A stretch of 64,000 bases of DNA, taken from Carpediemonas membranifera BICM. Its lineage: Eukaryota; Protista; Fornicata. The position numbers were made by a program, and so were the translations under genes. Below are positions 32,519-41,512 of this stretch, one piece after another. The notes under the pieces were generated by a model. The model was not told the DNA's origin. It made no database searches and worked only from the letters and a program-made list of their open reading frames with translations. The DNA lies in the NCBI GenBank assembly GCA_019828565.1, contig JAHDYR010000014.1, positions 186,001-250,000 on the forward strand, in the 5' to 3' direction. How positions within the stretch are numbered: position 1 is the stretch's first letter; every line of letters starts with the position of its first letter.

Positions 32519-34054
32519 TTAGAGCTCGGCGAGCTGGGAAGGATAACGGGCCATCCAGGAGATCGCCGCCTTCAGCTCACGCGTGCAGCAAAATTCGCCG
32601 ATCCGATGGGTGTGTTGTTCGTGGCCAGCACCAAGGCCGAGCATGGGAGGGTGCCAGAAGCCTGCGGCATCGAGCTGCCAGCCCTTCGCCTTCATGATGG
32701 CGGTGTCGGCATCAGAGCACTCGTCAGCCTTGCGGTAGCAGCCAACGCCGTCGGTGGAGAAGATCCAGCGGCCGACATAGGGCTCGCGTTTGAGGAGGGG
32801 GTTGGCGGTGATGTCCTCGTCGGTGATGGTCTTGGCAGTGACCTTCTCGTAGGTCTTGACGGCAGCCTGGATGGTGGGGTGCTCCTCAGGGGTCTCCCAG
32901 CAGAGGTAGACGGCGTCGTTGTTGGGGTAGTAGCCGGTCCAAGACGCGTTGTTGTAGCGGGGGATCGAGACCTTCACGGTCAGGCCAGCCTTGCGGGCCT
33001 CAGCGATGACGGGGAGCTCCTCGATGATAGAGACGCATTGAGCGGGGTCCTCGCCGTAGGTGATGCGGCGATCGAAGCGGAACACGAACTGCTCGGGGAC
33101 GGCGCAGTCAGAGGGAGAGTCGAGGGTGGCCCAGGAGGCGGTGCGGGTGCCGCGGCCAAGGAAGTCGTGGTCCTTGATGCCGACGCCGTTCTCGACCTGC
33201 TCGGTGCAGGCGACGAGGATCTTGGCGCCCCACTCGAGGGGGTTGAGGCCACGGTCGGGCATGGAGCCGTGGCAGGAGCGGCCGATAACGGACACCTCGA
33301 TCTGCATACGGCCACGCTGGCCACGGTAGATGCCGCAGGCGGAGCGGGTGTAGTCGCCAGTGCCCTCGGTGAAGATGTAAGCATCGGGGTACATCTCGAC
33401 GGGGGCGTTGGGGAGAACGTGCTTGTGGACGTACATAGGGCCAGCGCCGTCGTTGTCCTCCTCAGCGGCAGTGCCGTAAGAGCGGATGATGACACCCTTG
33501 AGGGCACCCATGGAGCGGAGCTCGATCATGATCTTGGTGGCAATGATCTGAGAGATGACGCCAGCAAGCTGGTCGGCACTGCCACGGCCGAAGATAAGGT
33601 TGTTCCATTCCTCCTTAGGGGGGACGTAGCCGAGGGTCTCCTTGAGGGCCTCGATGGAAACTTCATCGGGGTTGGTGACGCCGTTGAAGCAATCGACACC
33701 CTTGCCGAGCTTGTTGTGCCACTCAGAACGGAGGGCCTTGACAGTGTCGCAGTGACCGTCGAAGTAGACGACCTTCTTCTGCTCCTTGGGGGTCTTGTCC
33801 TCGGGGTCCTCAACGTACCAGACAATGTTGCCGTACTCGTCGAAGAAGACATCCTCGGGCTTGAAAACAGCACCGTGCTTGATGATGGACTCCTTGAGGT
33901 ACTCCATGCGGGGGCCCTCGTGGTTGGACTCGCCGCAGAAGGGGTCAGTGTCCATGTGGTCGGCAGGGAGACGGATAGCTTCCTTGAGGATCTCAGAAGC
34001 AAGGGGGAGGTACTTGGTAGCAAGTTCGCTAATCTTCAGCTCAAGCTCAGACAT
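32519..34054 (-). CDS. M20 family metallo-amidohydrolase, YgeY-like
   Basis: Metal-ligand motifs FDGHCDTV, GRGSADQ, AEEDNDG and FTEG. YgeY-type motifs IYRGQRGRMQI.V.V.G.SCHGS.P.RG.N, FLGRGT, SPSDCAV, DRRITYGE, W.FST.GV and G.G.GHE..TH. Strong C/G-ending codon bias. Confidence 0.88.
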   Translation of the reverse strand: MSELELKISELATKYLPLASEILKEAIRLPADHMDTDPFCGESNHEGPRMEYLKESIIKHGAVFKPEDVFFDEYGNIVWYVEDPEDKTPKEQKKVVYFDGHCDTVKALRSEWHNKLGKGVDCFNGVTNPDEVSIEALKETLGYVPPKEEWNNLIFGRGSADQLAGVISQIIATKIMIELRSMGALKGVIIRSYGTAAEEDNDGAGPMYVHKHVLPNAPVEMYPDAYIFTEGTGDYTRSACGIYRGQRGRMQIEVSVIGRSCHGSMPDRGLNPLEWGAKILVACTEQVENGVGIKDHDFLGRGTRTASWATLDSPSDCAVPEQFVFRFDRRITYGEDPAQCVSIIEELPVIAEARKAGLTVKVSIPRYNNASWTGYYPNNDAVYLCWETPEEHPTIQAAVKTYEKVTAKTITDEDITANPLLKREPYVGRWIFSTDGVGCYRKADECSDADTAIMKAKGWQLDAAGFWHPPMLGLGAGHEQHTHRIGEFCCTRELKAAISWMARYPSQLAEL

Positions 34055-34312
34055 TTTGGGTGAAGCAAAGTGGCTGGTCTTCAGTTGTCAACGATTCGGG
34101 GCGACAATCGCGAATGCAATCAGCGCTCGCGGAGGAGCAATAGCCTGCAAGCGCGGGCGGGGGGATTCAAGCCGCGCGCCTTTTCAAGATTCTACGAGAG
34201 ATTTGCAAATCTTGAACTGACCGCCCAATCTTATCCTTCTAACATCACGCAGCCGGAACGCAACCGGAAATCAGGAAAATCGGGTTTTAATCAAGCAGCG
34301 AGACCAGCCTCG

Positions 34313-36496
34313 TCAGTTGGCATGACTGAGGCGGCCAATCGTTGCCCAGTCGAGGTCTTCCGGCAAATGGAGGACAGGCACAAGTTCCCGCACGTGGGCA
34401 AGGTCTGGCCGACTTGGGAGATCGGCCATCGACTCGACTAGAGTCTTGTAAGCATGCCGGACACTGCAGGAAATGACAGCCTGAACGTTATCGTCAGAAG
34501 AAATGTAAACACGGTAAAGGAGGTGGAGGGCGGGCCAGAGCTCAAGAACCGAGGGAAACATCGACCCAGCCACGATAGAAGGCTCGGTGCGGCATGCGCC
34601 CTGCTGCGATGCTCTCATAGCAAGGGTCAGGTGGCCGGACAGGGCGTTGAAGAGCTCAGCCACCAAGGCGGCGGTCTCGGGGAGTCCGAGGTTGTACAGA
34701 GCGTCCTTCCCGGGCTTGATGGCGAGCGTGGGGGAGAGGAATGAGAGCTGTGCGTGGGCCCGCAGCTTTGTGCTGAAATACGTCAGCTGCCGAGCAATGA
34801 GAGCCGAGTCGTGCGGCATCTCGCTGCGGAGGCTGACCCAAGAGGAGAGGAGGGATCTGAATGTGTCAAGGTTGGATATGCAGTGTGTCAGAGCGGACGG
34901 ATGCCCCGTCTGGACCACCCTCAGAAGAACTGTAAGGATCTTGGTGGCGACGTTCGGGTTGAGTGCGGGCCGTCTCATGAGCGCGTTGAAGATCTCAGCG
35001 AAGGACTTGTGTTCCCATGTGTAAATGGCCATGGCCCTAATATGTTTCGTCTTGACTGGCTCGCCCCTCACCCCGGTCGCCTTGGTCACCTCGACCTGTA
35101 TAGCGGACTTGGTCAGCGTTTGGACAGTCACAGGGTCACGTAGCGTGAACGACGGTAGCTTCTGGGTGATCAGGCGGGGCAGCTTCATGGCCGAGAAGGG
35201 CGCGGGTTTGGATGTTTGAATCGGGGTTGCATCGGCAGGGCTCGGCGTGGCTCCGGCAGACTCGAGCTTTGTATATGAAAAGAGTGACGTGAGTGACGAT
35301 GTTCGAGAGTGCAGCGGGGTCGGGTCGGCGCTTGGTTCTGTCTGAGCCTCACTTGGCTCGGGCTCGGGCTCATTTGCCTGGGCCATGGCGTTCAGGTCGC
35401 TCAAGATCTCTTCAAACGGGTCTGGTCGAGGCAGACTGCTCGTGGAGCTGGGTGCAGAGGTGTGACAGGAGTCCCGCAGGAACTGACCGAAGAGAACCTC
35501 GTCGACGGACACCTCAACCTGGGGCGGCTCATCCTGTTTGATCCAATCATTCCACGTCTGGTTGACGGGGTGTACCGCGCAGTGTGCCGCACACTGTCTG
35601 AGCACCGAGCTGGACACCGGGAGCAGGGCCTGGGCGATGGTGTACACGAGAGACATCAGCTGATGGATGTCGGGACGTTGGGTTGGGTCGACCACCAGAC
35701 ATGTTTTGATTAGCTCAATAATAGTGTCAGAGAAGGGGTGGCTCTCAGGGAAGGTGTATCGGCCCCCTACGATGGCCAGGGGCGAGGGGTTGTCGTCAAA
35801 GGGCGTCTTGAAGAAGCACAGCTTATAAAGGAGCACGCCGAGTGACCAAATGTCGGTCTTCTCGGTGATTGGCCAGCCCCGGTACAGATCGGCGAGCTCT
35901 GGCGCGCGGTAGACCATGGTCGTGTTGGCGCAGACCTCAGCATCGATGGATGCACGCAGCAGAGTATCCTTGGAGATATCGTGGTGCCGATCAAAGCAGG
36001 CAGACCCAAAGTCGGTCAGGAACACCTTCTCACCGTGCACAAGGATGTTCTCTGCCTTGATGTCCCGGTGTGCGGCCGGGGGATCAAGGGTGTGCATCGC
36101 GGCGATGGCGAGGACGACGGAAGCAAAGATCTCGATGACCATCTGTTCGGTAAAGAACTTCATGCCCGCGGATAGGCGGGTATTCATCACATCAACGACG
36201 GATCCGTCCTCGCTGTAAGCCATGAGGATGTTCCAAACTTCGTTGTCTCCGAGACGGCTGGATGAGTGAGAAATCATCTCTACCACGTTACTGCAGTCTT
36301 GAAGACGCTTGAGCAGGTAGATCTCCTTCTCTGCGATTTCAACAGAGCGCGGGTCGCTGCAAATCATCTGCTTGAGTGCGAATTGCTGGTTGGTGCGCAC
36401 GTCACGGACAAGAAATACGTACGAAAAGCCGCCTTCCCCTATCTGTTTGACAATCCTGTACGTGCCCGACGGCAAGACGATCTTCTTCGAGCGCAT
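34313..36496 (-). CDS. NAK (Ark1/AAK1/GAK)-family Ser/Thr kinase with C-terminal ANTH domain
   Basis: IGEGGFSYVFLV, FALKQM, HRDIKAENIL, DFGSA, NTTMVYRAPE.ADLY...ITEKTDIWSLG.LLYKLCFFKTPF (NAK signature). The C-terminal TKAT...PVKTKHIRAMAIYTWEHKS...KILTVLLRVVQTGHPS is a Sla2/HIP1-like ANTH. Confidence 0.88.
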   Translation of the reverse strand: MRSKKIVLPSGTYRIVKQIGEGGFSYVFLVRDVRTNQQFALKQMICSDPRSVEIAEKEIYLLKRLQDCSNVVEMISHSSSRLGDNEVWNILMAYSEDGSVVDVMNTRLSAGMKFFTEQMVIEIFASVVLAIAAMHTLDPPAAHRDIKAENILVHGEKVFLTDFGSACFDRHHDISKDTLLRASIDAEVCANTTMVYRAPELADLYRGWPITEKTDIWSLGVLLYKLCFFKTPFDDNPSPLAIVGGRYTFPESHPFSDTIIELIKTCLVVDPTQRPDIHQLMSLVYTIAQALLPVSSSVLRQCAAHCAVHPVNQTWNDWIKQDEPPQVEVSVDEVLFGQFLRDSCHTSAPSSTSSLPRPDPFEEILSDLNAMAQANEPEPEPSEAQTEPSADPTPLHSRTSSLTSLFSYTKLESAGATPSPADATPIQTSKPAPFSAMKLPRLITQKLPSFTLRDPVTVQTLTKSAIQVEVTKATGVRGEPVKTKHIRAMAIYTWEHKSFAEIFNALMRRPALNPNVATKILTVLLRVVQTGHPSALTHCISNLDTFRSLLSSWVSLRSEMPHDSALIARQLTYFSTKLRAHAQLSFLSPTLAIKPGKDALYNLGLPETAALVAELFNALSGHLTLAMRASQQGACRTEPSIVAGSMFPSVLELWPALHLLYRVYISSDDNVQAVISCSVRHAYKTLVESMADLPSRPDLAHVRELVPVLHLPEDLDWATIGRLSHAN

Positions 36497-36758
36497 CTTG
36501 CGATCAGGCGGTCCAGAGTATTAAACTGCGGCTAACTGAGAGTGCCCAGGTCGTGTGCGTGGTATGGCACGAGACCAGCGTAGTTGTGGGAGTTGTGGGT
36601 CTAGAAGAGCATGACAGGCACATGTGTGAGATACTATCCACACACTATCCTTTGACTTCACAAAGATCAAGCACCAGGCTTCCATCTCATCAATGCCAGA
36701 CAACACGCTGTAACCTTATAATTTAGCCCTTATTGTGGCAATAACCCGTGGTCATGCA

Positions 36759-37724
36759 CTACTGGTTGACGATAACGCCGTCCCCCACCCCGACGTCGCT
36801 AAGCCCCATAAGATCAGCAACAATTGGGCACTTCAGGACGAGAAGATAGTACGCCCCGAACCCGAAGGGACCCAGTGCTTCGTAGTTGCCCTGGCCCTTG
36901 CTGATGGTGACGTCATGGGCCCTAAATAGCTCATGGACGTCCTCGTCCTGGCAGTGTGGCCACTGTCCGTGCTCAGGGGTCCCAAAGCCAATGAACCGCA
37001 CGTCTGCGTCCCCCAGGTCGAGTGAATCCAGCCCCAGCTCTGGTATGTCCGACATGGTCACGTCGTTGATGAGTGGGCCATGCTTGAGCCCGAGGGTAAA
37101 GCTACTGATGTTGGGAAAAACTTCGGCGAGGACCCTTAGGGCGTACATGTCCAGGTAGACCTCGCCACTGTTGTCGAAGAGGTAGAGGAGAGAGGTGGCT
37201 TCAGAGAGATCAGTCCACAGACGTTCAAACTCGTCGTGCTTCAGCGTCATCTCGTCGAGGAGGGTCTCGAGTGAGCCGTCGCTGATGTCGTTGAGGCTAA
37301 GTGCCCCGAAGTCAATGAAGTTTCCAATCACGGCCATTCTCATGGCGTGGTAGAGCCGCTCCTTGGGCTTGCCGGCATGTGATGCATCGTTTTCCCTGGA
37401 GAGTTTCGCAGCAATACCCTTGGCAAGTGCGTTTGACTCCTTCTTAGCGGCGTGGAACGGGTCGGGGCTCAGAAGCTCGGACGATGTGATGCGATACACA
37501 TCACTGATCATCTGAGACGTGCAGCCCTTTGAATTCCAGTCAGTGGCGGCACTGGAGCAGTTCTCCATGACTTGCTGGACAATAGTACGTTCTGCTTCGT
37601 TTGTGGCGGCACACATGCGGGAAAGCCTGATGGCTTGCCGCATGGCGCAGGGGATGCATTCAGTGGAGAACAAGCCTCCAGTGTTAAGATTCACTGCTGT
37701 TGCTTGGAGTGTTCCGAATTTCAT
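36759..37724 (-). CDS. DUF89/ARMT1-like damage-control metal-dependent phosphatase (prokaryotic-type subfamily)
   Basis: ECIPC..RQ, DPF..AK..SN, AVIGNFIDFG, YLFDNSGE, PLINDVT..D, ISKGQGNYE, LL.LKC. Confidence 0.87.
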   Translation of the reverse strand: MKFGTLQATAVNLNTGGLFSTECIPCAMRQAIRLSRMCAATNEAERTIVQQVMENCSSAATDWNSKGCTSQMISDVYRITSSELLSPDPFHAAKKESNALAKGIAAKLSRENDASHAGKPKERLYHAMRMAVIGNFIDFGALSLNDISDGSLETLLDEMTLKHDEFERLWTDLSEATSLLYLFDNSGEVYLDMYALRVLAEVFPNISSFTLGLKHGPLINDVTMSDIPELGLDSLDLGDADVRFIGFGTPEHGQWPHCQDEDVHELFRAHDVTISKGQGNYEALGPFGFGAYYLLVLKCPIVADLMGLSDVGVGDGVIVNQ

Positions 37725-37848
37725 TCTGTGTCTGTTGAGTTTGCGATGTGCGAAAGTGGTCTTGTCTAATCCTGCACGACTCGGCCCGAGTCACATGCCT
37801 CAGCCTGCCCAACCTCCTCTACATGTGCCCATTTACAATATACATACC

Positions 37849-39684
37849 TTAAGTAATCTTCACCTTCCTTAGAATCATGTCCGCGAGGTAGTCAATCGGA
37901 TTCTCAGGCCGAATGGCGCCAATGTCCAGGAAAGCTGCATTCAGGGTCGGATAGACCGTCTCGGCAAGATACGGCGTCAACTCCTTGCGGGGCTGCTTGG
38001 CCTCTGCGAGCTCCTTTGCCTTATCCTGCACCTTCTTCTTCATCTCCTCCTCGAGAGCAGCCTTCTCCTCCTCCATGGCAAGCTTGGCCGCATTAGCCAC
38101 ATCCACGGCCTTCTGCCTTGCTGCTGCGACCTCCTCCTGCAACTGAACAATAGCTCTGGGGTTTCTCCGCGGCCCAATAAATCTGGCCACCTGCCTGACC
38201 CAAGATGACCCTGGGACCAACAGAGGGACGTCCATGGCCTCCACAGCCTCAGTGAAGGCGTCCTGGGCCGACGCTATGAGGTGGGTTGGGATTGGCACGG
38301 TGACCGGGGGCGGCGGGGCGGGCTTGTCCTCTTCATCCTCCTCCTCCTCTTCGGGCTCCGGCTCGTCTTCAGGCTCCTCGTCCTCCTCCTTCTCCCCCTC
38401 TTCGGTCTCAGCCACCGACACAGGGTCGGGTTCAGGGGAGTATTCAACGTCTGTCGCGCCCACGACCGTGCCCAGCATCCCCTCGTCGAGCACGTTCATC
38501 AGCACCACGCCCTTTGTCAGCACAGTGCGGTCATTGGTAAGGATATGCCTCAAGGCGAGGGTGAGGTCGGTCGGAGAGGTCTGGGCAAGCGGTGTGTCCA
38601 TCGCTGAGCACGTGGAGAGCACGTTGGTGCTGTCGAGGAGCAGAAGCTGGTGTTGCTCGGCGACCCACCGCCCAATGGCATCAACAGAGCCCTCAGGACC
38701 ATGGAGAACGACCATCATGGGCGACAGGTGGTGCCTGAGCTGGAATTCTGGTACTACGGTGTCTCGCATGTGCTGAACAATGCCGTCAGCACAGCGGTTG
38801 GCAAGTTCGGTCTCCTCCTCGTCGTCTGCGTCAACAACGCCCCTACTCACTGGAAGGTCGAGTAGGAGACTGTCGATGTCCGTACGAAGGAGGAAACGGT
38901 CCTCTGGGACAATCTCAGTGCTGGGGGACACGGAAAAGGCCTCAGCAATGGCTGTGGCGAGCTCCTGTGCAGTGGGGAGTTTCTCGTCGACCATCATTGT
39001 GTACATATCATCGGGCTGGTTATCCGAGAGGAATACAACGGCCTTGGCGACGTCCTCAACGTATACTGTAGGGACAACACGGTCAGGCTTGCCGAACACA
39101 GGTACGGGGTGCCCGTCGAGAGCTTCCGAGACCAGGACGGCCAGGGCATCCTCCCCCCCGCCGTACAGCACACCGCAGACCAGGAAGAAGCCGGTGAGCG
39201 CCTCGCTGTTACGGAGCTTGCGTGCTACTATCCGTTCAGCGCTGAGGGTGTCTCTGTGGCGGGGGTGGGGCCGTCTGTCGGCGTACATGCCCGCGTCTAA
39301 GGGCACACGCGTAGTGTGGACCGCGCCCTCGTCATCCTCCTCCTCCTCTTCCTCAAGCTCGGTACGAGCCCACGTCAAGACGGACGAGAGGGCGATGAAC
39401 TGACGAGGCTCCTCGTCTTCGCCGAGCTCGTCCTTCGATAGAGCGGTGGCGATGAAGGCAGCCTCGGATGGAACCTGAAAGTCATATACGATGGTCGAAC
39501 AGCTACGAAGTGTGTTCAGGAACTCGTCGTCCTCGCTGTAACGGACAAGTGTCTTCACAAAGGGTATGTGGAGATTTTGAGGGGAAAGGAGAGAACCAAT
39601 CACGTCCACACCGCGTTTTCTGAACATTTTGGCAACGTTTCGACCCGCTAGCGTATCCACATGCGACACGAAGACGCGCGTCAT
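37849..39684 (-). CDS. AK7: Adenylate kinase 7-like flagellar protein (Rossmann/epimerase-like N-domain, degenerate AK region, Dpy-30 motif)
   Basis: RVFVSHVDTLAGRNV, FIALSSVLTWART, RRPHP, GVLYGGGED, VPVFG...VVPTVYVEDVA and C-terminal YLAETVYPTL...IRPENPIDYLA. Confidence 0.8.
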   Translation of the reverse strand: MTRVFVSHVDTLAGRNVAKMFRKRGVDVIGSLLSPQNLHIPFVKTLVRYSEDDEFLNTLRSCSTIVYDFQVPSEAAFIATALSKDELGEDEEPRQFIALSSVLTWARTELEEEEEEDDEGAVHTTRVPLDAGMYADRRPHPRHRDTLSAERIVARKLRNSEALTGFFLVCGVLYGGGEDALAVLVSEALDGHPVPVFGKPDRVVPTVYVEDVAKAVVFLSDNQPDDMYTMMVDEKLPTAQELATAIAEAFSVSPSTEIVPEDRFLLRTDIDSLLLDLPVSRGVVDADDEEETELANRCADGIVQHMRDTVVPEFQLRHHLSPMMVVLHGPEGSVDAIGRWVAEQHQLLLLDSTNVLSTCSAMDTPLAQTSPTDLTLALRHILTNDRTVLTKGVVLMNVLDEGMLGTVVGATDVEYSPEPDPVSVAETEEGEKEEDEEPEDEPEPEEEEEDEEDKPAPPPPVTVPIPTHLIASAQDAFTEAVEAMDVPLLVPGSSWVRQVARFIGPRRNPRAIVQLQEEVAAARQKAVDVANAAKLAMEEEKAALEEEMKKKVQDKAKELAEAKQPRKELTPYLAETVYPTLNAAFLDIGAIRPENPIDYLADMILRKVKIT

Positions 39685-39983
39685 TAGTTTGTGTTCAGTG
39701 CTTTGTTTGCTGGAAAAGTTCTCTCACATACCCAAGCCCGAGGCACCGACAGGAGACCAGGTGATGGAGGAGCTGGTGCTAGGTGCCTCTGACAGTTTCT
39801 TACAATTTTCTAGTTGGCCTGCCCTTTCCCAGCGCAGAATAGTTTCTGTGACCAATTGCCGCCCAAAAACAACACAGGTCGCCAATTTCTATTCCATATC
39901 ATCCGTTACAGTGTTAAATTCGGCAGCGTGAGTCTGATTGCGCCAGCATTTTTTTTTCTGCAGTCATCATCACTGTGCTTCTG

Positions 39984-41413
39984 ATGCTGAGTGTTCAGTC
40001 GCTTTCGGATGTGGACGAGCTTCTAGCGATGGATCCTGAAAAGGCCATCCTGGATCCCCGCGTTATCTCTCGTCAGGCCACGATGAACGTCGGTACTATC
40101 GGCCACGTGGCTCACGGCAAGAGTACTGTGGTTAAGGCTCTTTCTGGTGTTCAAACTGTTCGTTTCAAGAACGAGATTGAGAGAAACATCACCATCAAGC
40201 TCGGCTATGCTAACGCTAAGATGTATACTTGCCCTCAGTGCCCTCCCCCGGATCGCAACTATTCCTTCGGCTCCAGCACCGCTGACGACATCAAGTGCCC
40301 CAAGTGCGGTAACGTGATGAAGCTTGAGCGGCATGTGTCCTTTGTTGACTGGTTTGTACCCCCCAAGCCCCCTTATTCAGCCCCGGTCACGACGTGCTCA
40401 TGGCTACCATGATCAATGGCGCCGCTGTGATGGACGCCGCCCTCCTCCTCATTGCTGCGAACGAGACATGCCCCCAGCCCCAGACTAGCGAGCATCTGGC
40501 CGCCGTAGAGATCATGAAGCTCCGCAACATCGTCATCCTCCAGAACAAGATCGATCTGATCAAGGAGCAGACCGCCAAGGCCCAGTACGACGATATCCAG
40601 TCCTTCATCAAGAACACCATTGCCCGCGGCTCTCCAGTGGTCCCAATCTCAGCCCAGCTGCAGCACAACATCGACTGCGTGGTCGAGCACATCCTCCGCC
40701 TCCCCATCCCCAAGCGGAGCCTCACCATGGATGCTAAGTTCATCGTTATCCGCTCTTTCGACGTTAACCTTCCCGGCACCACCGCGGACAAGCTCCAGGG
40801 CGGTATTGCTGGTGGATCTCTGCTTCACGGCATGCTCAAGGTCGGTGACTTCATTGAGGTGCGCCCCGGCGTCCTTGAGAAGAAGGAGGGCACCCAGGAG
40901 TACGTCTGTTCCCCGATCCGGTCCAAGATCGTTTCCCTCAACACTGAGAAGAACCAGCTCATGTACGCCGTCCCCGGTGGTCTCATTGGCATCGGCACCC
41001 TCATCGACCCCGTTCTCTGCCGTGCGAACCGTCTCGTCGGTCAGGTTCTCGGCAAGATCGGGAAGCTGCCCCGCATCTATTCCGTTCTCACCATCAAGTA
41101 CTTCCTGCTCCAGAGCCTCCTCGGCGTCCGTACAGACAGCGCTGGCGGAGACACTGTTATCTCCCGTCTCCGTAAGAACGAGAGCCTCATGATCAACATC
41201 GGGTCGACCTCGACCGGCGGCACCGTCATCGGGCTGGCCGAGGGCAACGTTGTCAGGATCGCACTCACCACTCCCGTGTGCGTGGAAGTCGGCAACGCCA
41301 ACCCCGAGAAGGTTGCGCTCAGCCGTCGTATTGAATACCATTGGCGTCTCATCGGCTGGGGTGAGGTCACTAACGGCGTCGAAGCGCAGGTTGATAATAG
41401 GTACAGTGGATAA
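39984..41413 (+). CDS. EIF2S3: Translation initiation factor eIF2 gamma; one intron at 40352-40380
   Basis: [21 protein letters not shown] and [14 protein letters not shown]. Removing the 29-nt GTTTGT...TTCAG intron restores [15 protein letters not shown]. Also [14 protein letters not shown] and WRLIGWG. Confidence 0.96.
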
Positions 41414-41512
41414 GGGCATCGTAAATCGGGTTATATCGTTGTTTAGGGGCATTTACATGAGAGCTTGAGCATATGTATTCGGACACAGCTCAAGAAGAAG
41501 TTCAAGAAGTGA

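Larger units (their letters stand above)
23951..32839. repeat. Tandem array of three ~2.81 kb units plus a terminal ~0.45 kb segment that is the true 3' end of the M20 gene
   Basis: Equivalent positions at 24076, 26891, 29707 and 32519 give periods of 2815, 2816 and 2812 nt. The differences I saw are single-base homopolymer indels and two substitutions. Confidence 0.95.

Noticed and set aside
23951-32839. Array as a CRISPR locus, LTR element or autonomous transposon
   Set aside because: There is no short repeat-spacer periodicity and no transposase, integrase or RT ORF, and I saw no terminal inverted repeats or TSDs.
32606-34063. 485-aa plus-strand ORF opposite the M20 gene, and similar antisense ORFs over BiP, eIF2-gamma, the RRM gene and the coiled-coil gene
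   Set aside because: These are antisense shadows of strongly biased codon usage, with no motifs of their own.
15016-41413. Apparent frameshifts in rpiB and eIF2-gamma as pseudogenes or programmed frameshifts
   Set aside because: They are fully explained by short GT-AG introns that restore conserved motifs.
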